Source: Planctomycetota bacterium
Lineage (GTDB): Bacteria; Planctomycetota; JAJSAM01; JAJVHW01
Assembly: GCA_965248445.1 (NCBI GenBank)
Contig: CBDFJG010000004.1
Span: forward strand, 1,344,001 to 1,408,000
Length of the DNA: 64,000 nt
Direction: 5' to 3'
The number at the start of each line of letters is the position of its first letter. The stretch's first letter is position 1. The notes below the pieces were generated by a model. The model had not been told where the DNA came from and did not search any database. It was given only the letters and a program-made list of their open reading frames with translations. The translations under genes and the position numbers were made by a program. This document shows, piece after piece, positions 9,320-18,195 of this stretch.

Positions 9320-10149
9320 GACGCGGCGTCGTCGTCGCCGGCGAAAGCGACATTCAGCTTGCGTAGCGCGCGGCTCTCGATCTGTCGCACACGCTCGCGG
9401 GAGATCCCAAATCGCTCGCCGATCTCGCGCAGCGTCAACGGCCCTTCCTCTTCCTCGATCCCGAAGCGCAACTTCAAGATCTCCGCTTCGCGGGGATCGA
9501 TGGCCTCGAGCAACTGACCGAGCTTCTCGAGTTCCTGCGTGTCGAGGAGCCACTCGTCGGGCGGTGTCACGTTGCGATCGGGGATCGTGTCGCGCTCTCC
9601 GGCGAGCGCCTCGATCGAGACGGGTTCCTTCTCGTTGCGCGCCGCCCGTTCGGCGCGGCGCACGAGGCCGATCTTGGACTCCTCCACACCCATCAAGCTG
9701 GCGACCTCGTGGATCGTCGGCTTGCGATGGTGCTCCTCCTCGAACTGCAGCGACGCCGTCTTCCAACGGGAGATCAGCTCGACCATGTACGACGGCACGC
9801 GGATCGTCTTCGCCGTGTTCACGATCGCCCTGCGGATGGACTGTTTGATCCACCAGGTGGCGTAGGTGCTGAAGCGTGTCTCGGCATACGGATCGAAGCG
9901 CTCGACCGCCTTCACGAGACCGACGTTGCCCTCCTCGATCAGGTCGAGGAGGGACAGACCGCGGCGCCGGTAGCGCTTGGCGATCGAGACCACCAGGCGC
10001 AGGTTCGCGCGGATCATGTGCTCGCGCGCCTCGGGGTCCCCGGACTGGACGACGATCCCGAGCTCGTGCTCCTCGTCGGCCGTGAGGAGCGGCACTCGGG
10101 CGATGTCCTTCAGGTAACTCTCGAGCGCGTCGTCGGGGGCTCGGCTCAG
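9316..10149 (-). CDS. RNA polymerase sigma-70 factor, RpoD/RpoS-like without region 1.1; probable CTG start
   Basis: Region 1.2 DALESYLKDIARVPLLTADEE, ANLRLVVSIAKRY, DLIEEGNVGL, FSTYATWWIKQ, TLREIG..FGISRERVRQIE. Confidence 0.9.
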   Translation of the reverse strand: MSRAPDDALESYLKDIARVPLLTADEEHELGIVVQSGDPEAREHMIRANLRLVVSIAKRYRRRGLSLLDLIEEGNVGLVKAVERFDPYAETRFSTYATWWIKQSIRRAIVNTAKTIRVPSYMVELISRWKTASLQFEEEHHRKPTIHEVASLMGVEESKIGLVRRAERAARNEKEPVSIEALAGERDTIPDRNVTPPDEWLLDTQELEKLGQLLEAIDPREAEILKLRFGIEEEEGPLTLREIGERFGISRERVRQIESRALRKLNVAFAGDDDAAS

Positions 10150-10224
10150 GGCGTCCTCCGCAGGAGAGAGCGCGCAGGCAGCGGGTGCGCGATGGGGCGC
10201 GTCATTGTGCGCGCCCAGGCGCCG

Positions 10225-11631
10225 TCAATAGGCGTTCTTCCCGATCAGGACCTGCACGGTCGTGCGTCCCAGGATCTCGATGTCGAACAGCAGGCTCCAC
10301 CGATCGATGTACTCGAGGTCGTAGCGCAAGCGGTCCTCGAGCGAACTCCCCCCGCGCAGTCCGTGCACCTGAGCCCAACCGGTCATCCCGGACTTGACAG
10401 AGTGGCGTAAGTTATAGCCAGGAAAAGAGTTGTGGAACTCTTGTACGAAGGTCTCCCGCTCGGGCCGGGGCCCCACGAGGCTCATGTCTCCGCGGAGGAC
10501 GTTCACGAGTTGAGGCAGTTCGTCGAGCGACAGCCGGCGCAGCACGCGCCCGAGTCCCGTGACCCGCGGGTCACCCTTGTGAGCGAAGACCGGCCCGCTC
10601 GCGGACTCGGCACCCGCCCGCATCGTGCGGAACTTCAGCATCCGGAACCGTCGACCGTCGAGCCCCATGCGTTCCTGCGCATAGAGCGCCGCCCCCCGGG
10701 ACGTCAGACGCACCAGCACCGCGAGCAGCAGGAGCAACGGCGAGAGCACGACCAGCAGCGTCAGGGCGAGCAGGATGTCGATCGCGCGCTTGAGACCTGC
10801 CCGCGCTCCGTGCAGCGGTCGCTCGCGCACCGAGACCATGGGGACGCCGCCGATGACGCCAGCGGTCGCGTTGACCAGGACCGCGCCTCCGAGATCCGGC
10901 GCTACATGTACATCGACTGTCAGGTTTTCCAGACGACTGAGCCATGCGGGAGCCTGGGCGAACTCCGAGGCAGGCGGCGCGAGGATGACCTCGTCGATGC
11001 GGTCTTCCTCGACCCGATCGATCAGGGCGTCGAGGCTCGCGAACCGCTCGGCCTCCGACCAGGCGTCGACCTCTCCATCTACTGACCAGACGCTGGTCAC
11101 GGCGCCGCCGTGGAACGGATCGTCGGCGAGCGCCGTGGCCAGGCGAGTGGCGGTGGCTTGCCCCACCACGACGGCCACCCTACGCCGGCGGCGGGGGTCG
11201 CGGCGCAGCCGCGCAACGAGGCCGGTCGCGGCGCTTCGTAGGAGCCACGCCAGGGGCACGAACAGCGTCGCGCCGAGCGCGAGCGTGACGCGGCTGTACT
11301 GGAACACGTCCTCGTAGAGCACGCGGGTCGACAGCAGCAGGGCGCCCAGCAACAGGCCGGCGCGCAAGCTGACCCGCAGCTGCCCGTCGCGGCGGAGGAC
11401 CTGCGGCCTGTAGGCGCCGACCAGGGCAGCGGCGGCGATCGCCAGCACGATGATCGCGGGCAGCGCCGCCGCGTAGTGCGCGGGCAGGATGTCGGTCCGC
11501 CCGGTGACCGGGATCCAGGCCTCGAGGGGACTGTGGAAGCGCAGGGCGTAGGCGGCGCCGCCGGCGAACGCTGCGGCTAGTCCGTCAGCCGCGAGCAGGA
11601 GGAGGCGGGGCAGATTGCCGTGGCGACGCAT
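10225..11631 (-). CDS. Undecaprenyl-phosphate glucose phosphotransferase (WcaJ/sugar transferase family)
   Basis: N-terminal TM helices; KRAIDI, KFRTM, DPRVT, SLDELPQL.NVLRGDMSLVGPRPE, GMTGWAQV. Confidence 0.92.
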   Translation of the reverse strand: MRRHGNLPRLLLLAADGLAAAFAGGAAYALRFHSPLEAWIPVTGRTDILPAHYAAALPAIIVLAIAAAALVGAYRPQVLRRDGQLRVSLRAGLLLGALLLSTRVLYEDVFQYSRVTLALGATLFVPLAWLLRSAATGLVARLRRDPRRRRRVAVVVGQATATRLATALADDPFHGGAVTSVWSVDGEVDAWSEAERFASLDALIDRVEEDRIDEVILAPPASEFAQAPAWLSRLENLTVDVHVAPDLGGAVLVNATAGVIGGVPMVSVRERPLHGARAGLKRAIDILLALTLLVVLSPLLLLLAVLVRLTSRGAALYAQERMGLDGRRFRMLKFRTMRAGAESASGPVFAHKGDPRVTGLGRVLRRLSLDELPQLVNVLRGDMSLVGPRPERETFVQEFHNSFPGYNLRHSVKSGMTGWAQVHGLRGGSSLEDRLRYDLEYIDRWSLLFDIEILGRTTVQVLIGKNAY

Positions 11632-11760
11632 GACCGGTCAGGCCCGGCAATCTAACTCCCCGGGCACCGCCTACGCCCAGCGCAGTGTGACTCCAGAGCA
11701 ACGGGGACTCCCGTGCAACTCTGAGTTCCGCGCAAACTGGGCCTCCCCGCAACCGGGGAG

Positions 11761-12486
11761 TCAGTCGCCGACCTTGATCCTCTCGGCGAGGGGTGCAGGG
11801 AGCCCGGCGGCCAGGATCTTCGCCGAGGCGGCTTCGATGTCGTACTCGACGCGGTGCAGCGTGACCCGCCGCTTCACCGTGTCGTAGATCGCGAACGCGG
11901 CGAGCGGGTTCTTGTCTCGCGGCTGGCCCACGCTGCCTGGATTGACGATCGCTTTCTCCACTCGGGTGAGGTCGATCACATCGGCCCACGTGAAGCCGAC
12001 ACCGCCCCGCTCGAGAAACGTGATGGGGATATGAGAGTGCCCCACGAAACAGAGCGGTTTGGCGAGCGCCTTCATCGAGAGGATCGCGTCGTACGAAGTC
12101 AGCAGGTAATCGAAGTTCGCCGGATCGTGCACGGTGCTGTGGACGATGAGCGTCTTGCGATCGACGTCGGCCTGGAGGGGCCGGTCCGCAAGCCACTTGA
12201 TGTCGTCCGCCGAGAGCTGTTCCCGGGTCCAGTGGATGGCCGCCCGGGCGTGCGCGTTGAAGAACTCCATCGACAGGGTGCCGGCCACCGCCCAGTCGTG
12301 ATTGCCGGCCACGGTGATGTCGCAGAGCTCGCGGATGCGGTCGAGGCAGTGCTTGGGGTCCGCGCCGTAGCCCACGATGTCGCCGGCACACACGTAGTGG
12401 TCGATCCGCTCGCTCTCGAGCGCGGTGAGAACCGCCTCGAGGGCTTCCCGGTTGCTGTGGATGTCGGCGAGAACGGCGTAACGCAA
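11761..12486 (-). CDS. Metallophosphoesterase (YfcE-like)
   Basis: ADIHSN, GDIVGYG, GNHD, GHSH, NPGSVGQPRD. Confidence 0.9.
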   Translation of the reverse strand: MRYAVLADIHSNREALEAVLTALESERIDHYVCAGDIVGYGADPKHCLDRIRELCDITVAGNHDWAVAGTLSMEFFNAHARAAIHWTREQLSADDIKWLADRPLQADVDRKTLIVHSTVHDPANFDYLLTSYDAILSMKALAKPLCFVGHSHIPITFLERGGVGFTWADVIDLTRVEKAIVNPGSVGQPRDKNPLAAFAIYDTVKRRVTLHRVEYDIEAASAKILAAGLPAPLAERIKVGD

Positions 12487-12599
12487 CGACCGCGTGCTCC
12501 CTTATCCCGATTGACCCCCACCCACTTCTGCCTGCATGGAGGTTACGACAGCGCGCGCGGCGTGGTCAGAAGAACGCGCGGAAACCGCTCGCCGGACCC

Positions 12600-13379
12600 T
12601 CATCTCGTGGAGGCGTCGCCACGGCGCGCAACGACATACGACGCGAACAACCACAGCCCAGCGGCTTGCACGAGCGCGGCGGCCGTAGCGAGCAGGAGTG
12701 CGCTCGATGGTGGAAGGGCCGCGCGGGCCAGTTGCCTCGAGACGTCGAGCCTCCCCGGGTCCGGCAGGATGCTGCGCAGTGTAAAGCCGTCTGGCGATGC
12801 GGGGAGCGCGCGGAGGGCGAGCACCGCTCCCGCCGCGAGGACGGCACCCGCACGCGCCCCGCTCAGCGATCCGAGCGCCATGCCCAGGGTGAGGGCGAGG
12901 AGGGCACTCACGCCTGACGTCGCGACGAGCACACCGAGCGCGCTCGCGTCCAAGGCGCCCTCCCCGCCTCGGTGCAGGACGAGAGCCAGCGCCCCGACGA
13001 GTGTCAGGCCGAGCAGGCCTGCCCCCACCGCGCCAAGCGCTCCCAGGAGGCGCGCCAGCAGGAGCGTAGGAACACCCAAGGGCGAGGCGCGCAGGCTCGC
13101 CGAGGCACCGAATCCGGCCTCGGGGTCCACCACGACCGCGCCGCTCGCCGCGGCAGCGAGGCCGGTGACCACCAGCACCGTTGCTGCCACGAGTTCCCGG
13201 GCGAGCAGACCGCCGTCGTCAAGCGCGCGTACTGTGGTCGCCGGGAGAACGAGGAGAAGGGCCGCAGCCGCGACGAACAGGAGCCGCACGCCGGGACGCC
13301 GGACCAGATCGCGCAGCGTGGCGGTTGCCAGCGCGCCGACGGCCGCAGGAGCGCCCGGGCTGCTCGCGCCGGAAAACAC
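12600..13379 (-). CDS. Hypothetical integral membrane protein (ABC-2 permease-like)
   Basis: Several hydrophobic helices; ATATLRDLVRRP N-terminus resembles ABC permeases; start uncertain. Confidence 0.55.
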   Translation of the reverse strand: MFSGASSPGAPAAVGALATATLRDLVRRPGVRLLFVAAAALLLVLPATTVRALDDGGLLARELVAATVLVVTGLAAAASGAVVVDPEAGFGASASLRASPLGVPTLLLARLLGALGAVGAGLLGLTLVGALALVLHRGGEGALDASALGVLVATSGVSALLALTLGMALGSLSGARAGAVLAAGAVLALRALPASPDGFTLRSILPDPGRLDVSRQLARAALPPSSALLLATAAALVQAAGLWLFASYVVARRGDASTR

Positions 13380-13391
13380 GACATGTTGAGG

Positions 13392-13407
13392 TGTTTCACG
13401 TGAAACG
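13392..13407. promoter_or_regulatory. parS site upstream of parB
   Basis: TGTTTCACGTGAAACG, 15/16 match to consensus. Confidence 0.88.
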
Positions 13408-13514
13408 GTCAACCGGTAGTCCCTTCTTCCCAGCGTCCCTCCGGCATTCTACGATGTGGGCCCACCGGACGAACGCGGCCACCCTGGCCGACGTGACAGC
13501 GCAGGAGGTGTTGC

Positions 13515-14372
13515 TTGGTGCAACGTAGACTCGGACGTGGACTCGATTACCTGATCTCTGGACAGTCCCGATCCGCGGCGACGGACGAGGTCGTGCAGCT
13601 CGAGGTGAAGGAGGTCAGTCCGAACCCCTTCCAACCTCGCCGTGTCTTCAGCGACGAGCAGTTGGAGGAGCTCTCGAACTCGATTCTCGAGCACGGGGTC
13701 CTGCAGCCGGTCGTGGTGCGCCGCACGAGCGGCGGCTTCGAACTGATCGCCGGCGAGCGGCGGGTCCGCGCCTGCCAGCGGGTCGGACGGGAGCGGATCC
13801 CGGCGATCGTGCGGACGGCGACCGACGACGAGATGCTCGAGCTGGCACTCGTCGAGAACCTGCAGCGACAGGATCTGAACGCGGTCGAGACGGCCATCGC
13901 CTTTCGGGCGTTCATCGATCGCCTGGGCCTCACGCAAGAGGAGGCGGCACACCGTCTCGGCAAGAGTCGGTCCGCCATCGCGAATACGCTCCGGCTCTTG
14001 GAGCTGGCCGACGAGATCCAGGAGATGGTGGTCTCCGGCGCTCTGTCGAGCGGGCACGCGCGGGCACTCCTCGCGATCGAGGACCCTGCCGAGCGGGTGG
14101 CGCTCGCCAGGCAGGTCCGGGCGAAGGGGCTCTCGGTGCGCGATCTCGAGCGGGTCGGCCGGCGGGGCAAGGGCGCGACCGACGGCAAGTCCCGCAAGGA
14201 CTCGTTGTCGTCCGGTTCATCCGCCTACTACGAGGACCTCGAGACGCAGTTGCGGCAGTCGCTCGGGACGCGCGTTCGGCTTCAGCCGCGGGGCAAAAAG
14301 GGCCGGATCGTCATCGAGTACTTCTCGGCAGAGGACCTCGAGCGCCTGCTCGGGGTGCTGGTTTCGGACTGA
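13515..14372 (+). CDS. parB: Chromosome partitioning protein ParB/Spo0J
   Basis: RRLGRGL..L, NPFQPRR, LIAGERR, ENLQRQDLN, HTH KSRSAIANTLRLL, GHARALL; GGAGG RBS. Confidence 0.96.
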   Translation: MVQRRLGRGLDYLISGQSRSAATDEVVQLEVKEVSPNPFQPRRVFSDEQLEELSNSILEHGVLQPVVVRRTSGGFELIAGERRVRACQRVGRERIPAIVRTATDDEMLELALVENLQRQDLNAVETAIAFRAFIDRLGLTQEEAAHRLGKSRSAIANTLRLLELADEIQEMVVSGALSSGHARALLAIEDPAERVALARQVRAKGLSVRDLERVGRRGKGATDGKSRKDSLSSGSSAYYEDLETQLRQSLGTRVRLQPRGKKGRIVIEYFSAEDLERLLGVLVSD

Positions 14373-14393
14373 TCCGAGCCTGAGAGGGGCCTG

Positions 14394-14429
14394 AACGCCG
14401 TCTCCGGTCAGCTGACCGGAGACGGCGTT
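14394..14429. terminator. Perfect 36-bp palindrome between convergent genes (likely bidirectional terminator)
   Basis: AACGCCGTCTCCGGTCAG|CTGACCGGAGACGGCGTT. Confidence 0.65.
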
Positions 14430-14441
14430 TCACGTGAAACA
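14426..14441. promoter_or_regulatory. parS site downstream of parB
   Basis: CGTTTCACGTGAAACA, 15/16 match to consensus. Confidence 0.88.
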
Positions 14442-14448
14442 AGGTCCT

Positions 14449-15780
14449 CTACTCGTCGTCGTCCTCGATGCCGGCGCCGTCCTCGTTGCCACCGTCGTCG
14501 TCGGTGCCCTCGTCCGCACCCTCGTCGCCGTCGCTCGACTCGTCGTCGTCACCCTCGTCTCCGGTGTCGTCGTCGTCCTCGTCGTCACTCCCGCGATCCT
14601 TGACGAACTCCTTGGGCAGCGGGTCTTCGCCGCGCGTGGCCTCCCAGGGCTCCGGCTCGTCGCTCGCCTTGCGCGAGGTGTCCCACGTGTGACCGTCCTC
14701 GAGCCTCTCGTTTTTCCAGACGCTCACGCGCCGAATGAGGACCGCCGGATAGGGGTGATCACGCATCCGGAACGTCCCGGTCTGCTCGGAGGTCTTTGGA
14801 TTGGTGTCGTAGGTGGGGGCGCGGGCGATGCGGTCGAGGGTGTCGAGCGAGCCCTCCTTGTCGAGCACCGCAGCGAACGGAGAGGTGTCTCCGTCGTACC
14901 GCGCGATGCCCTCCTCCGCGGTGATGATCGTGAAGCGCTGATCGCTCTCGCCGGAGGGCATGTTCACGGCTGCGACGACGCGCTTCTTGTGCTTCACGGT
15001 GTAGCGCGAGTCCTCCACCTCTTGGGTGTGGAGCGGTTCGTCCCGGTCATGCTCCGCCGGATCACGGGTGCCGATCTCGGAGTGCGAGGCGCGGGAGCCA
15101 GCGCGGACCAGTTGCGGCGCGCCGTCGGTGCCGGTGCGGATCTCGTAGAACTGAGTCCCGTTGTAGTCGCCGGCCTTGGCGTGCCCGATGAACGAGCCCA
15201 CATGGTCCGGTGCGTCGTCGCCGTAAAAGCCCACCCAGAGGTTTCCGACGCTCGTTTCGATCAGCGCCAGGCGGTCTTCGGCCGGCCAGCGGTGTTCGTA
15301 CTTGGTCTTCGCGGTCCAATCGGCCTCACGCACCATCACGTCCTGGAGGCGTTTCGAGAGCGAGGTCCCCCCGGCCTTCCCGGTGGATGAGATCGTGTTC
15401 AGCCCGAAGTCGGGGAAGCGGGACTCGAGGTCCTTCAAGGCGTCGACGGCCTCACCGAACTCGGCGGCCTCGCGATGGGTGTTCACCATCGCCGAAAGAG
15501 CGAACGGCGTGACCGGATCGTCGGGGTAGTCGTTGGTCAGCAGCTGGAGGCGGCGCAGACGCTGCGCGCTGTCGAGCGTCCCGCGGTCTCCGCCAGAGAC
15601 GACATCGTGATAGCGGGTCCACTGGTCGTCCAGGCGGGACTTGTGGTAGTGCCGCACGCCGAGGACGGTCAGTGTGACCGCGGCGATGAGGATGCCCGCC
15701 GCCCAGAGCTGCTTCTTGTAGGGGTGGTAGTAGACGTCGAAGAAGTTCTCGCCCACGTGGTCTTCGGGGAACACTTTCAC
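14449..15780 (-). CDS. Membrane-anchored TPR/YfgM-like plus cyclophilin-like peptidylprolyl isomerase with acidic tail
   Basis: One TM helix, TPR-like YPDDPVTPFAL segment, cyclophilin-like IETSVGNL...APDHVGSF...YNGTQFY, D/E-rich C-terminus. Confidence 0.7.
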   Translation of the reverse strand: MKVFPEDHVGENFFDVYYHPYKKQLWAAGILIAAVTLTVLGVRHYHKSRLDDQWTRYHDVVSGGDRGTLDSAQRLRRLQLLTNDYPDDPVTPFALSAMVNTHREAAEFGEAVDALKDLESRFPDFGLNTISSTGKAGGTSLSKRLQDVMVREADWTAKTKYEHRWPAEDRLALIETSVGNLWVGFYGDDAPDHVGSFIGHAKAGDYNGTQFYEIRTGTDGAPQLVRAGSRASHSEIGTRDPAEHDRDEPLHTQEVEDSRYTVKHKKRVVAAVNMPSGESDQRFTIITAEEGIARYDGDTSPFAAVLDKEGSLDTLDRIARAPTYDTNPKTSEQTGTFRMRDHPYPAVLIRRVSVWKNERLEDGHTWDTSRKASDEPEPWEATRGEDPLPKEFVKDRGSDDEDDDDTGDEGDDDESSDGDEGADEGTDDDGGNEDGAGIEDDDE

Positions 15781-15936
15781 GTCTCACCTCGCCGCGGACC
15801 GTTCTCCGCGTGATCGCTGTAACCTCTTAGCTGATAACGACTTATGGCGCTAGACACGAAGCCGAACCGACTACGTTAACGCGCCGCCTCGCGCGCGCGC
15901 AAGGTTCGCCGCAGCGTCGGGTATCTTCGCACGCCC

Positions 15937-16686
15937 ATGACGTCGCGGGAGTTCCGTCTCCGTTCCCTGTCAACGCCCGCGCGGTGTCTGGTCGCGGCGT
16001 TCCTCCTCGCCGTCGCAGCGGGGATGGCCGCGGCCCACGTTAACCTGCACCTGCAGCACGCCGGCCGCGACGGCAAGCCCGGTCTGTCCTATGACGACGT
16101 CGTGGCGGCGTTTCACGGCAACCCCGATCGCACGCTGCTTGCCGCGAAGATCGACGGCGGCTCGATGGAACGGTACGTCCCGCGGCCGGTCGATCAGCTG
16201 GCGCTACTCGAGTGGGCGGCTGCAGGCGCCGAGGAGCCCGCCTTCGAGCCCGCGAAGGAAGTGCTGGATCGTCAGTGCGTGCGGTGTCACCACCCGGCGG
16301 GGGAGATGGCCTCCGTTCCCTTCGCGCCAAGTCGTCGCGCGGGTTCCGAGCACGCGATGGTCACCAACGTCACAGGGCCCGACCCGGGAACGTCGCTTCC
16401 GACGTTGGCCAGGTCGAGCCATGCGCATCTGTTCGGAATGGGAACTCTGTTCGCTCTGACGGGTCTGATCGTCCTCGGAACGGACCTGCGCGCGCGGTGG
16501 AAGGCGCTCTTGGCGGTGTTGCCCTATGTGGCGATGTTCATGGACATCGGCTGTTGGTGGTTGGCTCGCCTCGCGCCCGAGTTCGCATTGGGCGTCGTAG
16601 GGGGCGGCGCTCTGATGGGACTCGCCGTGGCGGCCCAGGTCGGTCGGTCGGTCTTCGAGCTGATCACACCGACTATATCGTCGTAA
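15937..16686 (+). CDS. Membrane protein with a single c-type heme motif
   Basis: CVRCH, N-terminal TM, SHAHLFG and three C-terminal TM helices. Confidence 0.7.
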   Translation: MTSREFRLRSLSTPARCLVAAFLLAVAAGMAAAHVNLHLQHAGRDGKPGLSYDDVVAAFHGNPDRTLLAAKIDGGSMERYVPRPVDQLALLEWAAAGAEEPAFEPAKEVLDRQCVRCHHPAGEMASVPFAPSRRAGSEHAMVTNVTGPDPGTSLPTLARSSHAHLFGMGTLFALTGLIVLGTDLRARWKALLAVLPYVAMFMDIGCWWLARLAPEFALGVVGGGALMGLAVAAQVGRSVFELITPTISS

Positions 16687-16738
16687 CTACCGCCAAACTT
16701 CGATAGTTACGACCGTCAGCAGATTCTGACGGGCGGCG

Positions 16739-17965
16739 CTAGCGCTGCGATTCGGGGATCGGGAAGTACTCCGAGAGGTGCGCAAGCTCCCCGACTTCCT
16801 TGATCAGGTTGCGCGCGATCACGAGGCGCTGCACCTGGTTCGTGCCCTCGTAGATCTGCGTGATCTTGGCGTCGCGCATGTACTTCTCGACGGGGTAGTC
16901 GCGCATGAAGCCGTAGCCACCGAACACCTGCACCGCGTTCGTCGTGACTTCCATCGCGACGTCCGTCGCGAAGCACTTCGCCATCGCGGCGAACTTGTTG
17001 CCCTTCTTGCTGCCGGCGTCGATGTGACGCGCCGCGGCGTACACGAGCTGGCGCGCCGCCTCCACCTTCTGCGCCATGTCGGCCAGAAGCTTCTGCACCA
17101 TCTGTTTCGACGTGATAGGGGCCCCGAACTGCTCGCGCTGGCAGGCGTACACCAGCGCGAAGTCCAGAGCGCCCTGGGCGCACCCGACGGCCTGGGCGGC
17201 GACTCCGGGCCGCGCCTTGTCGAGCGTCATCATCGCGTGCTTGAAACCCAGTCCGGCCCTGCCCCCGATCAGGCGATCCGCCGACAGCCGGAGGTTGTCG
17301 AACTCGAGCTCGACGACCGGGATGGCCCGGATGCCCATCTTGTCCTCGACCTTCCCGATACGGAAGCCGGGCACCTCACCGATCTCCTCGCCGCTCCCGG
17401 GCCGTTCGATCACGAACGCGCTGATGCGGCGGGACCGCGAGTTCTGATCCGTGACGGCGAAGATCGTGTTGATGTGGGCCACCGCGCCGTTGGTGTTCCA
17501 CTTCTTGTGGCCATTCATGACCCACTCGTCGCCGTCCTGGACGGCTGTGCAGGCCATGCCACCGGCGTCCGAGCCGGCGTTGCGCTCGGAGAGCCCGAAC
17601 GCCACCAGCCGATCGCCGTTCGCGATGCTCGGGAGCCACCGCTCCTTCTGCTCGTCGGTCCCGCCGATCATGATCGGGAACGACCCGAGTGCGTTGACGG
17701 CGAAGCCCACGCCGATGCCGCCACACGCCTTGGCGAGCTCCTCGACCACCAGGCAGAGATTCAGGACGCTCCCCGAACTGCCGCCGTGCTCGGGGGGCAC
17801 GAAGACCTTGAAGAGCTCGTACTCCTTCAACCGCGCCTGGACCTCCCAGGGATACTCCTGCAGACGGTCGTACCGCCACGCGACAGGCCGGATGTACTTG
17901 TCGGCAACTTCGCGCGCGCGCGTACGCCACTCGAGGTTGTCCGTCGACAGGGTGGGGTCGCTCAT
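16739..17965 (-). CDS. Acyl-CoA dehydrogenase
   Basis: AFGLSERNAGSD, NGHKKWNTNG, EDKMGIR, REQFG, QVFGGYG, RDAKITQIYEGTNQ. Confidence 0.95.
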   Translation of the reverse strand: MSDPTLSTDNLEWRTRAREVADKYIRPVAWRYDRLQEYPWEVQARLKEYELFKVFVPPEHGGSSGSVLNLCLVVEELAKACGGIGVGFAVNALGSFPIMIGGTDEQKERWLPSIANGDRLVAFGLSERNAGSDAGGMACTAVQDGDEWVMNGHKKWNTNGAVAHINTIFAVTDQNSRSRRISAFVIERPGSGEEIGEVPGFRIGKVEDKMGIRAIPVVELEFDNLRLSADRLIGGRAGLGFKHAMMTLDKARPGVAAQAVGCAQGALDFALVYACQREQFGAPITSKQMVQKLLADMAQKVEAARQLVYAAARHIDAGSKKGNKFAAMAKCFATDVAMEVTTNAVQVFGGYGFMRDYPVEKYMRDAKITQIYEGTNQVQRLVIARNLIKEVGELAHLSEYFPIPESQR

Positions 17966-18195
17966 GGGGGCTCCGCTCGGGTTCGGGTCACGGCGTGCCG
18001 GTATGGCCGCGCGGCACTGTTGTCTTCCGGGATGATGGGCGGCGGATTGTAGCAACGCCGTCGCGTCAATCTCGCGCCTCGTCGCGACACAACCCATGCT
18101 GCTGAGCCCGGCGGTTCCGCCATCCCAAACCCCCACCCGCCCTCGAGGGGAAGGACGCGCCGTGCGGGCTCGGGGTTACAGCGCGGGACGCGGAA

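Noticed and set aside
10149..10227. Stop-codon readthrough fusing the WcaJ-like gene to the in-frame sigma factor
   Set aside because: The transferase ends in a normal KNAY terminus, and an RBS with CTG explains the sigma start more simply.
14679..14694. Additional parS-like site TGTCCCACGTGTGACC (also a weak one near 46971)
   Set aside because: Too many mismatches to the consensus.
16681..16712. Integron attC site after the monoheme gene (TAAC...GTTA)
   Set aside because: Only 32 bp, poor RYYYAAC/GTTRRRY match and no integron integrase. It is better explained as a terminator or protein-binding palindrome.
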